Shown here piece after piece: positions 1-13,915 of a stretch of 64,000 bases of DNA (its first letter is position 1; each line of letters begins with the position of its first letter). A program made the translations under genes and the position numbers. Where the stretch lies: the NCBI RefSeq assembly GCF_006345805.1, contig NC_042999.1, forward strand, positions 68,076,001-68,140,000, written 5' to 3'. Under the pieces are notes generated by a model. The model did no database searches, was not told the origin of the DNA, and worked only from the letters and a program-made list of their open reading frames with translations. This DNA comes from Octopus sinensis (taxonomy: Eukaryota).

Positions 1-3000
1 TGGCTTCCTGCATGGCCTGGGCTTGGCTGGCTGGTTGGCACGGTTTGGATATCTTGCTGGCTCGATCTTAGCTTGCTGGTAGAAATCTATCCTAGGCTGG
101 CTGGCCTGGCTAGCTGTCTGACCCGCTTTGGATTCCTGGCTGGCCCGGCCTTGGCTTGCTGGCTGACTAGCTGGCCGGGACTTGGCTGCCTAGTTGGTCA
201 TGGGCTTGGTTTGCTGACTGGAAACTTGCCTAGGCTGGCTACCTGACTGGTCCGGACTTGGCTTGCTGGCTGGCCTGGACTTGGCTGGCTTACCCATCCG
301 GTTTGGATACCTGGCTTGCCCGGTCTTTGCTTACTGGCAGGAAACTTGCCAAGCTTGGGTGGCTGGCTGGCTGGCCGGTTCTTGTCTGCCTGCTGGCCCG
401 GCCTTGGCTTGCTGGCTGGCCTGGCATTGGCTGGCTGGCTTGGTTTGGATACCTGGCTTGCTGGCCTTGCCTTGCTTGCTGGAAACTGGCCTAGGCTGTC
501 TGACTTGCCCAGTTTCAGATACCTGGCTGCTCCTGGACTTGGCTTGCTGGCTGGAAACTTGACTAGGAAGGCTGGCTAGCCGGTTTGGGCTGCATGGCTG
601 GCCCAGCCTTGGCTTGCTGGCTGGAAACTGGCCTAGGCTGTCTGACTGCACATATTTGGACACCTGGCTTTCCTGGGCTCGGTTTGCTTGCTGGAAACTT
701 GCCTGGAGGAGGGGGCTGTTCTTGGCCTGGCCTTGGTTGGCTAGCTGACTCGGTTTGGATACCTGGCTGGCTGGCTGGATAGATGGATGGATGTATGTAT
801 GGATGGATTGATGGACGGATGAAATTCTCCTGAGTCACGATCATCGAGCTTCTGTTGTTAGGTTCGATGTGTATACGTGTGTGTGCATGTATATGTATGT
901 ATGTATTTATGGATGTATGGATGGATGGATGTATGTATGTATGTATGAATGGATGGATGGATGAATGGATGGATGGAATTCTCCTGAGCGGCGATCATCG
1001 AGCTTCTGTTGTTAGGTTCGACGTGTATTCGTGTGTGTGCATGTATATGTATGTATGGATGGATGGAAGGATGGAGGGATGCATGGATGGATGGATGGAT
1101 GCATGGACGCATGAATGGATGGATGCATGGATGGATGGATGGGATGGATGAAATTCTCCTGAGCGGCAATCATCGAGCTTCTGTTGTTAGGTTCGGTGTG
1201 TATACGCGTGTGTGCATGTATATGTATGTATATAAATATGTATGTATGTATTTATGTATGTATGTATGTGTGCATGTTTGTATGTATGTATGTATGAATG
1301 GATGGATGGATCGATGGATCGATGAAATTCTCCAGGGCGGCGATCATCGAGCTTCACTTGTTAGGTTCGATGTGTATACGTATGTGTGCATATTTGTATG
1401 TATGTATGTATGTATGTATGTATGAATGGATGGATGGATGGATGGATGGATGGATGGACGAATACATGGATGGAAGGATGGAAGAATGGATGTGTGAATT
1501 CCTCCTGAGCGGTGATCATCGAGCCTCTGTTGTTAGGTTCGATGTGAATATGTGTGTGTGTGCATGTATCCAGGTTCTGTTGTTACGTTCGATGTGTATA
1601 CGTGTGTGTTCATGTATATGTATGTATGTATGTATGTATGGATGGATGGATGGATGGATGGAGGAAATTCTCCTGAGTGGCGATCATCGAGCTTCTGTTG
1701 TTAGGTTCGGTGTGTATACATGTGTATGCATCTGTATGTATATATGTATGTATGTATAGTTGTATGTATGTATGTATGCATGGTTGTATGTATGGATGGA
1801 TGGATGGATGGATGGATGGATGGTGGAAACTGGCCTAGGCTGGCTAACTAGCTGGCCCTATTTTGGATACCTGACTGGCTGTCTAGCACGGTTAGGATAC
1901 CTGGCTGGCTGGAAACTGGCCTGGGGTTGCTGGCTGGCCCGGCCTTGGCTTGCTGGCTGGAAACTGGCCTAGGCTTCCTAGCTAGCCCGATTTTGGATAC
2001 CTGGCTTGTCCTGGACTTTGCTTGCTGGCTGGAAACTCTCCTAGGCTGGCTGTCTTGTCGGTTCTTGGCTGCCTGGCTGGCCCGGCCTTGGCTTGCTGGC
2101 CTAGTCTTGGCTGGCTGGCTGGCCCGGTTTTGGATACCTTGCTGGCCCGGCCTTGGCTGGCTGGAAACTTGCCTAGGCTGGCTGGCTGGCTGGCTGGTCC
2201 TGTGCTCGATTTGCTGGCTGGACTGTTCTTGGCTACCTAACTGCCCCGGCCTTGAATTGCTGGCTGGCGTGGCCTTGTCGGGCTGGCTGGAAACTTGCCT
2301 AGGCTGGTTGCTGGCCGGTTCTCGGCTGCCTGGCTGGCCCTGCCTTGGCTTGCTGGCTGGCGTGGCCTTGGCTGGCTGGCTATTTTTGGATACCTGGCTG
2401 GCCCGGCCTTGGCTTGCTGGCTGGAAACTGGCCTAGGCTGGTTAGCTGGCCGGTTCTTGGCTGCCTGGCTGGCCCGGCCTTGGCTTGCTGGCTGGCCTGG
2501 CCTTGGCTGACTGGCTGGCCCTGTTTTGGATACTTAGCTGGTCATGGACTTGGCTTGCTTGCTGGAAGCTTGCCTAGGCTGGCTGGCTGGCTAGCTGGCT
2601 GGCTGGCTAGCTGGCTGGCTGGCCCTGTTTGGATATCTGGCTGGTCTTGGGCTTGGTTTGCTGGCTGCAAACTAGCCTAGGCTTGCTGGCTGACCCGGTT
2701 TTGGATACCTGGCTGGCCCGACCTTGGCTTGCTGGTTGGAAACTGGCCTGGGCTGGCTGGCTGGAAACTTGCCTAGGCCGGCTGGCTGGGCGGTTCTTGG
2801 CTGCCGGGCTGGCCCGGCTTTGGCTTGCTGGCTGACCTGTCCTTGGCTTGCTGGCTGGCCTGGTTATGATACCTGTCTGGCCCGGCCTTGTCTTGCTGGC
2901 TGCCCTGGCCTTGGCTGGCTGGCCTGGCTTTGGCTGGCTGGCTGTTTTTTGCTGTCTGGCCCGGCCTTGGCTTGCTGGCTGGAAACTGGGCTGGCTGGCA

Positions 3001-3030
3001 TGTTTTGGATATCTGGCTGGTCCTGGACTT
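1..3030. repeat. GGCT/CTGG-rich degenerate tandem satellite (recurring ggaaact(g/t)gcctaggctg...ttttggatacctggctggcccggccttggcttgctggct), interrupted at ~780-1820
   Basis: Motif ggaaact.gcctaggctg recurs at irregular spacing (e.g. ~218, 481, 623, 1825, 1959, 2161, 2422); plus strand is G/T-rich and A-poor; overlapping L/A/G/W ORFs are repeat artefacts. Confidence 0.9.
821..1740. repeat. Array of 6 full + 1 partial ~170-bp units: conserved ~55-bp core (gaaattctcctgagcggcgatcatcgagcttctgttgttaggttcgatgtgtatacg) + (TATG)n/(GATG)n spacer
   Basis: Cores start at 821, 976, 1150, 1324, 1496, 1664; partial core at ~1575. Confidence 0.92.
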
Positions 3031-3459
3031 GTGTGTGTGTGTATCTATATATACAAAACTGAGAATGTGTCTGTCTGTCTGTGTGAATCCCTGAAACTTG
3101 AGAACTAGACAACCAATTTTCTTTATATGTATGTATATGTATGTTTATGCATATGTATATGTAATCAATCCATGTGAGAAAAACAGAAAAGTTAAAAAAT
3201 AAATCAGAGAAAAACTGAAGTTGAAGAAAAAGAAAAATATGTACAGAACGATTTAGAAATCAACTATTAATTGTCTTTCGTTTTTTCTTCCGTTTTTGCC
3301 TTCTTTCTTACTTCATTTCTTTCTCGTTTTCTTTCTTTCTTTCTTTCGTTCTTTCTATTTTCGCTTTAATTTGCTGTGACAGATTATACCGTCATCAGAA
3401 ATAACCATTTTAATTGGAGATATTAGCAATTGTCTGACATAGCTAAGTAGGCTACACTT

Positions 3460-3609
3460 TCTCTCTCTCTCCCTCTCTCTCTCTATCTATCTATCTATCT
3501 ATTTATCATCTATCTTTCTATCTTTCTATCTCTATCTCTCTCACCTCTCTTTCTTCTTCACTCTTACTCTCTCACTTCCTCCCTCTCTCTGTTTCTCTAC
3601 ATCTGTTTC

Positions 3610-3643
<34 letters not shown>

Positions 3644-4200
3644 ATATATATATCCTTTCCTTTTTCTTTATTCTTCTCTCAGACACTTTTGAAATTTCTC
3701 TCTCTCTGTCACTCTGTCTCATCTCTCTCTCTCCCTCCCTAAGTCTCTCTCTCTCTCACTCTCTCTTTCTCTCTCTGTTTTTTATCTCTATCTCTTTACA
3801 TGTACTTTTTAGCTTTCTTTCACTGCCTCGTATAAAATTCCATCCCTCTCCCCTCTCTCTCTCTCTTGTCTCCTCTCTCTCTCTCTCTCTCTTTCTCCGC
3901 TGCCTTTGTGTATCTCCTCCCATCGCCTCTCCCTCTCCTCCTCATCTTCTCCTCTCTCCCTCTTCTTTCTCACCACCTCTCTCTTCTCTCCACCTCTTTC
4001 TCCACCTAATTTTTCGTTTCCTTACCTCTTTATATTTCTGACTATTATACACTCATTCATTCCAGCCGCCCCACCCTGCCTCTCTTTCTCTCTCTCTATC
4101 TTCTTCTCCTTCCTCACTCCTCCTTCAAAATTCTTCAGCCATCTCACTCTTTCTTTCTCTGTTTTCTTCTCTCGCTTCTCTCCCTCTTTCTTTTCATCCA
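3460..4200. repeat. Polypyrimidine (CT)n/(CTAT)n/(TA)n low-complexity tract
   Basis: Directly visible. Confidence 0.85.
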
Positions 4201-4290
4201 ACCAATCCCTTGTTACACTATATACAAACGTATATGTATACATACATGCAGACACGTATTATATACACGTATGTGTGTGTGTACACACAT

Positions 4291-4364
<74 letters not shown>

Positions 4365-4408
4365 ACATATATATACATACAGACATACATGAATACTTTT
4401 TGTTCTTG

Positions 4409-4887
<479 letters not shown>

Positions 4888-6076
4888 ATTTATATGTCTA
4901 TATCTATAAAGCTCAAAAATTCCTGTGTGCGTGTGTGCGTGTGTGTGTGTGTGTGTGTGTGCGTGTGTGTGTGTGTATGTGTGTGTGTGTGCGTATGCTT
5001 TTTATGCGTTTCCACATTTTTCATCCTATTTTGAGGAAATTTTTTTATTAAATGGCATTAAGGGAACTCCCCCCCCCCACATACACACACTTTTTGCAAA
5101 AAAAAAAGGCAAAAGTTACACGCGAGAAAAGTTCTTATAGAAGCGTCCGATTTTTATAATTTTGGTGTCAAAAGGAACGTCATGTTGCGATATTTCAGAC
5201 AAATATTTTGTCACAGTCTTGGAGCCTCTGATTCCCAAGAAAATTACGGAAAACTTTGAAAAAGGTCGCTTTTTCGCATTTTTGCAAAGTTACACGATAG
5301 AAAACTTTTTACTGGAAAGTCCGACTTCCTTGGTTTTGACGGCTAAAAAACCACCATGTACTGGTAGTTCTATCAAGTATTTGTTCTATGTCTAAAGCAT
5401 CCCTGGGCGACAAAAAGCCGCGAAAAAATGTGAAAAAAATCGATTTTATAAACTTTTTCCACTTTAAATCTTCAAAAACTTCTCACTGCTTCGATGGTTT
5501 GCGTTCAAACTTTACACCCTATATACTCATCCTAAAGATGACATTAGGAGACTCCGATATGCAAAGAATTCATCCGCGTATGACCAACTGAGTAGAAAAC
5601 CGGTTTTTTGCCCTTAAATCCCTCATTTTTGACCGAATACGTCCAAATCTCACATGAACAGTACAGATGACTCAACAATGGTTTAAAACTATTTTTGGTT
5701 AATATTCTTTATTTAACTTGCGACAGATCTACGAAATACTGTTACACCCAAGAAAGCTGTTTCAAGGAACGCCTGATTTTTTTTTTTTTTTTTTTTTTTT
5801 TGCTCTTTGTTGCAAAACCGCTATGCTGCTTCATTTCTGGAAACTATTTATTCTTTGTCCGTGTGCATCCTGGTTCTACAGAAAACTGCAAAACATAGAC
5901 ACTCCTCCTCCTCCAACAGCTTCACATTTTTGAAGAGGACTAGGTCTAGGTCAAACTTCTACTCTCACTTACTCCTTCGAACGCGAAAATGACCAATGGT
6001 ACTTAGTCGCGCCGTTTACACCAATCCCCATTCATAATTAGACTATATCCTTTCGACACCAATCTAATACGATAAA

Positions 6077-6180
6077 ATGCCTGTGATAGCAAGACATTGT
6101 GTGATTTGTAAACATTTCCCACCACCACCATTACCCGAACTTCGAGTACCTCCTCCAGTGTTTGGTTGTTCAACTAATAA
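6077..6180 (+). mobile_element. Possible BEL/Pao LTR-retrotransposon integrase Zn-finger remnant
   Basis: VIARHCVICKHFPPPPLPELRVPPPVF resembles Pao integrase C-x2-C...PPLPEFRV...PF; very short. Confidence 0.35.
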
Positions 6181-6327
6181 ATTCCACTTGGGGGAAAATC
6201 ACTTCTTCAATGACAATATTTGCAACTTAACGCAAAAATATTCAGAGACGTACAACGAAAAAAAATGGTAGAATCTATTAAGACCATTGCCGAGGATTTA
6301 ATACTCGAGCAACGCCGGGTACTCCTG

Positions 6328-6363
<36 letters not shown>

Positions 6364-6367
<4 letters not shown>

Positions 6368-6545
6368 ATCCAAACATGAAAACACAACAACGCGGGGACG
6401 TGGAACAAGTATAGTGTTATTTGACGCTCAGGAAAGGAAAGAAAGAAAGAGGAGCTCTTCGTCAGAAACATAAGAAAAGGAAAGATCCAAGGAAGGGAAG
6501 ACGGAGGAAAAAAGTCGCCAATGGTACACACGCGGTCACAGAGGT
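6364..6545 (-). mobile_element. PLE-derived non-autonomous repeat with truncated hammerhead half-core
   Basis: Minus strand reads tttCTGACGAagagctcc; the gctcGAAAC half is missing. Confidence 0.35.
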
Positions 6546-7430
6546 CTCTCATGGGTGCTACTGGTAACATGGAATCCAGTACAACCCGTTGTATGGTCGG
6601 GTCGTCGGCAACTAAACCGGCAGCCTTCGTAGGCTTACCTGACGAGGAGGGATGCTAGAAACATAGCAGCACTAAAAACAAGACCAGCTGAAAGGACGGA
6701 TGAGCCTAGTATGGGTGTCAGCGACTATCTAGAAATAGCAAGGGCACTCAGAAATTCCGAGATGGTGTCTGGAATGCTGGAAGAAGTGAAGCAGCCATTA
6801 GATTTTGCTAAAGCATGTCTCTAGAAGCTCTCTCTGATATAAAAGGGAATGGTATTGAACATGTGGTAAGCTTGTGCTTGAGATCACGGTGCTCCTGCAT
6901 TCCTGAGACTGCGATCCATACTGCCACTGGATATCTTGTTCTAGCCTGTCTCCAAGAAATTTTAGTAGGGTCTGTAAGGTGCTGTACAAGCCTTATTGGA
7001 CCTAAAATCCATGTTCACCGTCATCAATTCCTCGTAGGGAAAATTAACCCTCATCAGTTCTCCCATTTCTTTTTGTTTTGTTTTTCAATAAAAGAGATTT
7101 TAACTATTAATGGTGAGATACTATGGATATATTTTATCAGTAAACTTTCCTCGTGATGGGCTTTCATCGGGGTGAATTGATGGCGATGAACAATCCTGCG
7201 AAGAATAGATTGCGGTGAGTTTACCTGTAATACCTAAAAATCATAGTTTGTTCAAGCGACGGCGAGGCGACTATCCGATGCCGCGGCGAGCATGGAAACT
7301 GCGGATGCGAATCCGCGTGAAGCTGACTGCTGGTGCAATAACCTCATGTACGAGCATTGCTGGCATTTTGCACGAGCAATGGTGAGTAATGGTCTTCCTC
7401 GATCACGAGTGGACAACCATCATATACTCT

Positions 7431-7838
7431 TTTTCTTTTATCGTTTTACTTGTTTCAATCATACTGCGGTCATGCTGAAGCATCACCTTTAGTCGAAGCA
7501 ATGAAACCCAGGACTTATTCTTTGTAAACCTAGTACTTATTCTATCGGTCTCTTGCCGAACCGCTAAGTAACTGGGACGTAAATACACCAACGTCGGTTG
7601 TCAAGCGATGGAAGGGACACAAACACACAAATGCATACATACATACATACATACATACATACATACATACATACATACATACATACATACATACATACAT
7701 ACAGACAGACAGACAGACAGACAGATATATATACATATATAGCAGATGACATTTGCCCAAGGTGCCACGCAGTGGAACTGAACCAGGAACCATGTGGTTG
7801 TGAAGCAAGTTTCTTACTACACATCCACTCCTGCGCCT
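7431..7838 (-). mobile_element. SINE family A
   Basis: Tail, internal (CATA)n and head ...ctcctgcgcct present. Confidence 0.85.
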
Positions 7839-8489
7839 CTATATGTATATATCTGTGCGCATGTGTGTGTGAATGTATGTGTGTGTGTGTGTGCATACAT
7901 ATATAAATACATACACACGCACACACGCACTCACACATATACACACACAAACACACACATATGTTTATATATAACTTATTGTTGAATCATTCACGCAAGA
8001 TAATTTCTCTCTCTTCCTACGATTTAATAGAATGAAATACTTTATTTTCATCCGTTTGAGGTAGAAGTAATTACTTTATTGTTCAATGTAAAGTATGGTG
8101 TGAAACTTTAAGTCCAGTTATAGCTAAGTCCAATGATATTTCATTTAGACTCTTTGATAAAACTCTAAAACTGCATCGCTAAATGAATCAGCGCTATTCG
8201 AGGTCATTATAACATAACATGAATAGAGTTACGGTCATGATAGGTTATTTGTAATGGTGATACGAAGTGCATTCCAGAGTTTTGAAACTCTTTAAGGAAT
8301 TGGCAGTTGTGACGATCCTAGATTATTGCAATTTTAGTATATTGTTACTTTATACATCTAAAAAGCTGGCCTGCCAGCTTTTTATTTTTTATTTCTATTC
8401 CAAATTGAAGGAGGCAGCTCTGATAGTACCAGCATGGCCGCAGTCAAATGACGGAAAAAAGTAAAAGAAATACCTTATTAAATACTGCT

Positions 8490-8830
8490 TGTCACAGCCT
8501 CCTAATCACTGCTTGTCAAAATTCTGTCTTGGTAACCAACTATTTGACTGAGATGGGCATCAAATATGTACTTCGACTTTTTCTGCAGTATAGATCTTGC
8601 TCCCTGTGGCTTCTGGCTGTTTCCCAAACCAAAGGAGAACCTCGGGATGGGGCAGTCGTCTTGAAGACATTGAGAAGATGGAGGCTGTCACAAGGATCTT
8701 AGGCACCTTCACTTTGGAAGACTTTCATGGGTCATTCACAAAGTAGTAGCCGAAATGCTACAAGAAGTGCATTGAAGTGAGGGGATCCTACTTTGACGGA
8801 GACTTCAGTTGATGTCGGCTTGTTTAACTC
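8490..8830 (+). mobile_element. Mariner transposase C-terminal remnant
   Basis: Frameshifted LTEMGIK...YSxDLAPCGFWLFPKPKENL...YKKCIEVRGSYFDGD, i.e. the YSPDLAP motif and mariner C-terminus. Confidence 0.7.
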
Positions 8831-9592
8831 TCTGTAACTAAGCAGTCCGGCAATAGGATCTATAGAATATGTACCAGACTTTAAACAATAAAAAGTTGAT
8901 CGAATTGTTTGAATAAACCCCTCAAGGCCACGCTCCCGCGTGGTCGCAGTCTAGTGACTGAAACAAGTAAGATATAATTTATTTTTTAATGTTGCTATTA
9001 ACGATTAATCTCGAGGTGAATTCAGCTACAAATAACAGTTTGAAATACTTTAGGTTAAGAGCTATGGATTAAAGCGTTTAATTTTCAGGAAGAAAGACCA
9101 AGATTGCTTTAGTATAACTTTGGTAGTAAGTCTGTCTGGATTAGAAAAGATGCATGGGTCCTTTTCCACTGGCAGCTCTTTCCCACCCCTTCTTTTCAGC
9201 CAAGGACTTTTAAACCTAATGTAGTATAGGCTAGTATTTCTAGATGAATTCGGTTTGAGACATATCGTTAATGAAGACTTATTTAGGGGGAAAAAGCGTT
9301 TATAGAACGTGATATTTCTATAGGTCTTTTTACTCTGCGTTAATGCACAGCGGGAAGGTCTAACTACATTAGATCTGAGATAAGACTTGATTAAATAATC
9401 GATATTCTTTTCATCCTAACGAGACGAAACGTCAGCTGTTTGAATGCAGTTCCCTGGTGAAATACATTTAAAATTTTGCTAAACATGTCAAGCTTAGTGA
9501 ACGATAAATATCTCTGATCATACCTCTGTTTCATTTCAAAATCCCTATGTTGATACATAACTCTGACTTGAATTTTTTCCGCATATGATGAA

Positions 9593-9623
9593 CTGATGAG
9601 ATATAAAGATATCGAAACGCGTG
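9593..9623 (+). ncRNA. Minimal type-I hammerhead-like motif (probably decayed)
   Basis: CTGATGA-GATAT-aaag-ATATC-GAA-ACGCGT-G: exact core, 5-bp stem II, palindromic stem III; N17=G and no stem I. Confidence 0.5.
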
Positions 9624-9940
9624 CCTGTATAAGACAAAAAAATAATAATAATAAGTAAATAAATGAAAGAACAATATGGAACTTTAAATGAATCTGAACG
9701 TTTATGCCATTCTTTATGAGAAAAACTAATACAGATGATGGAAAAGGAAAAGCATCTCTTTGGTAAATGAATTGCAAAATACTAAACTTTAGCTGGATTC
9801 GAGTTTTTACATTACTTTTTCTAATTTTTGGCACAAGGCCAGCAACTTTGAAGGGAGGGATCAGAGTTCAACTCGTACCTATTTTTACCGACTCCAAAAG
9901 GATGAAAAGCAAAGTCGACCACGGCGCTATGTTTTGTTTT

Positions 9941-10240
9941 TTTATCTTTTATTAGTTTCAGTTATTACACTGCGGCCATGCTGGGGCAGTGCCTTGAAGA
10001 ATTTTTAGTTGAATGAATTGACCCCAGTATTTATTTTTCAAGGCCTGATACTTATGCTATCGGAGGCTTTTGCAGGGCCACTAGGTTACGGGGACGTAAA
10101 CACAACAACAGCGGTTGTCAAGTATATATACGACGGGCTTTTTCTGTTTCCATCTAACAATTTCACTCACAAGGCTATAGGAAAAGGCACTTTGCCAAGG
10201 TGTCGAGCAGCGGAATTAAACCCGGAACCATGTGATTGGG
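9941..10240 (-). mobile_element. SINE family A (partly deleted)
   Basis: Similarity to other copies. Confidence 0.75.
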
Positions 10241-10439
10241 AAAACGTAAAGAACCGGAAGAAATGCTGCTATGCACCTTGTCCGGTGTGCCAAAAAATCT
10301 GCAAACTTGCCGCTGTACATTACATCCAATAAGAGATATTGCTTGTACTTCAAAAAGAATTTTGAAAACTATTAAATTGTAGTTAGAAAAAGATGATACT
10401 TCACACTAAGTAAATGACAAGCGAAAAGTTAGACTACGT

Positions 10440-11450
10440 TTTGGTTCATTGATGATGTATGCAAATTCTTATAAATTTCATAAATGTTTTCCTTTTTGTC
10501 TGAAGAGACATACAGCTACTAGAATTGTAGAAATGGTTTAAGTCATTAGGTAAAGTATTTTGGTAGATATTTGGACAGTTTTTTAAAACTTTACCTTTGT
10601 AGCAAATAGCATTCCCAAAACCGCAGGTGAATAATAATAAAGTATTTTGGGAGATATTTGAATTATTTTTTTTAACTTTACCTTTGTAGCAAATAGCATT
10701 CCCTGAATTCGAACTTAGTATGTTTAGGTCAAAATCATTGGTGAATAATATTACTTTATATAATAATGTCGACCAAAAATAACTGTCTGCAGCGAATAAA
10801 ATTACTATACTTGGTAGCTGATCGAAAACGGTTTTTACCACATCCGATTATAACGGCTACTGGCACATTTTCCAACCAATCATCTTTGACGCCAGAGTTT
10901 GACAGGCATTGAGAGACAAAAAGTAATTCTTAATTTTCACACTCAGAAGTCTTGTGGCAATGTTCTTGAGCATATTATTAAAAACAAGCAATTCAGTTCG
11001 CTATGGAGATCATATGGCTTCCATATAGTCAATTACATATGGCTTCCCACACACAAAACCAACAAGTCCCTACCCATATTAATACAAGTTAATCCTCTTT
11101 AAATATCTGCATCTAACTGTTGTAATTTATATATCTTTCCACTGTTAGCTTCTACCTACGTTCATTTTAGTATGACTTTTTTCTTTCCGTTTCTTCTTAC
11201 TTCAGCATTCCTCTATACAATACTAGTAGCAAACCAATGACTACTACAACAGCTCTCTTTCTCTTTCCGACAGCAGAATAGATCACTGCATCTCTTTCTC
11301 TCCACGAAGATAGAATAAATCATTGATATATCAATTGCTACCGCTTGTTTTGCACACCATGCACAATCTGTGCATCTGTTCTTGAAACGGCTGTAAGGAA
11401 GTTTTCTGCATACCTGTTTAATTCCTTCCTTCTTATGACCAATATTCATG
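10440..11450 (-). mobile_element. Possible highly decayed Helitron Rep/helicase fragments
   Basis: CYKGKV (x2) and FMKFIR resemble the Helitron N-terminal CCxxGKV...FxxNIR region; IYSAVGKRKRAVVVV resembles the segment after helicase motif I. Confidence 0.3.
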
Positions 11451-11477
11451 TAACATCAGTTTTAAATATATAAACGT

Positions 11478-11814
11478 CTTAAGGAGTCGAGATCCTGATA
11501 GGTCTCTTTTTACCGAGCCGCTAAGGTACAGGGATGTAAACAAACCAACCAACGCCGGTTAAAACAAACCAACTAACATCGGTCATCAAATGATGGTGGG
11601 TGACAAAGACAAACACAGATACACGCATATAGATTTATAAACATATATATACACGACGGGCTAATTTCGGTTTCTGTCTGTGAAATCCACTCACAAGATC
11701 TCGGTGGACCCGGGGCTCTTGTAAAAGACACTTACCCAAGTACCACGCAGTGGGACTGAACCCGCAATCATGTGGTTTGGAAGCAAACTTCTTACCTCAC
11801 AGCCACGCCTGCGC
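11478..11814 (-). mobile_element. SINE family A
   Basis: Similarity to other copies. Confidence 0.8.
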
Positions 11815-12111
11815 AGATAACGCCTATTTTGGTACCTTTAAAGGCAAGACGATTTTATCTGTTCCTTCAAACTGGATGGCTTCACGAGGTAAATGAGGCT
11901 TTCCTTCCCACTGAAAGACATCATTTTTGTTGCTTCAGCTGCTGCTGCTGCTGCTGCTGTTGTTGTTTTTGTTTTTGCTATTGTTGTTTTTGAAGATGAA
12001 TGTATGGCTAACATATGATGCTGTCACTGATGAAGATTATGATAATGATAGTGGTGCTGATGGTGTAAGTGGTGAAGGTGATGATATTTGTTTGGGACCC
12101 TTATTATTATC

Positions 12112-12156
<45 letters not shown>

Positions 12157-12429
12157 GTTGTTGTTGTTGTTGTTACCATTATTATTATTTTTATTATTCG
12201 TATTATATTAATACGCTAACTTTTTGTTTTTGTAAGTACCTGTTGTGTGCGTCACACTTACTTCAAAGAAGTAGCAATGCGAGAGAGATGAGAACAGAGA
12301 GGAAGTAAGAGAGGAAGAGAGAGAGAGAGAGAGAGAGTGTGTGTGTGAAAGAAAGTGAGAGAGGCAGTAGATACATAAATCCAAAGAAAACTTCATGCAT
12401 AGATACATCGACGTAGCAAATGCTGGACG

Positions 12430-12579
12430 TCAATTTCACTTTTCATTACCACACGAGGATAAAATTAACTCACAAATGGCTGAGTACTCCACAGACATGC
12501 ATAACATTACCGTAGTTCTCAGGGAGATTCAGCCTCACAGGAAATGACAAGGCTGGTCCCTTTGAATTACAGTTACAAC

Positions 12580-12580
<1 letters not shown>
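12430..12580 (-). mobile_element. 3' fragment of SINE family D
   Basis: gagtactccacagac...gggagattcagc...gacaaggctgg matches the 3' part of the 17650 copy in reverse. Confidence 0.5.
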
Positions 12581-13264
<684 letters not shown>

Positions 13265-13399
13265 TGTATTTGTGTGTGCGTATAATTTAGGTTAGTTAGA
13301 ACATGCCTGCAATAAGTGCTGCGTGGTGGAAATAACGCAATTACCAAACTTTCATTAATAAATCCATTTATTATTTCGTTCTTTTGCATTTCAATTTAT

Positions 13400-13915
13400 A
13401 CATTTGTACCCAGGAAATTTCAACAACTGCACACCTACCTGAAGAAATGGAAAAACGAGTAATTTTATCTCCTAAAATTCTGACTGTCTTGCAATAAATG
13501 AAAAGGTTCTTAATATTATACCAGGAGCACTTATTCAGTGTCCTGCAATAATGAAGAGGAGGTTCAGAACTATCCATTTGAACTCATAGACTCACTCATT
13601 CCATCCGGTATGCTTCCTCATCGCCTCAACTTAAAAGTAGGGGCTATTGTACTGCTGTTAAGAAATCTTTCTATAAGTCAAGGATTACGTAATGGAACTC
13701 GTATGAAAGTGCAAAACCTTGATGAACATTGTGTAGAGGCATCATCTGTAACAGGCTCCAACAGATGTCGTACAATTCTAATCCCCAGAATTAAACTTAG
13801 CCCAAGTGATGCAAATATTCCATTCACACTAAACAGACTTGCATATTCAATGACAATTAATAAGGCTCAAGGGCAAACATTTGAAAAAGTTGAAATACGT
13901 TTGCCTCCACCTCCA
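13400..13915 (+). mobile_element. Helitron PIF1-like helicase C-terminal fragment (pseudogene)
   Basis: RVILSP(K)...INEKVLNIIPG; YPFELIDSLIPSGMLPHRLNLKVGAIVLLLRNL...NGTR...IPRIKL...AYSMTINKAQGQT. Confidence 0.9.

Noticed and set aside
821-1740. CRISPR array interpretation
   Set aside because: Spacers are microsatellites, the context is eukaryotic and there are no cas genes
258-3108. Many overlapping L/A/G/W-rich ORFs
   Set aside because: Products of the GGCT satellite, which lacks stops in several frames; no domain content
5040-5640. Possible DNA-transposon/MITE fragment
   Set aside because: MITE-like wording, but no matching TIR pair or TSD could be established
6638-6670. ctgacgaggagggatgctagaaac as a hammerhead
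   Set aside because: No convincing stem II, stem I or NUH site
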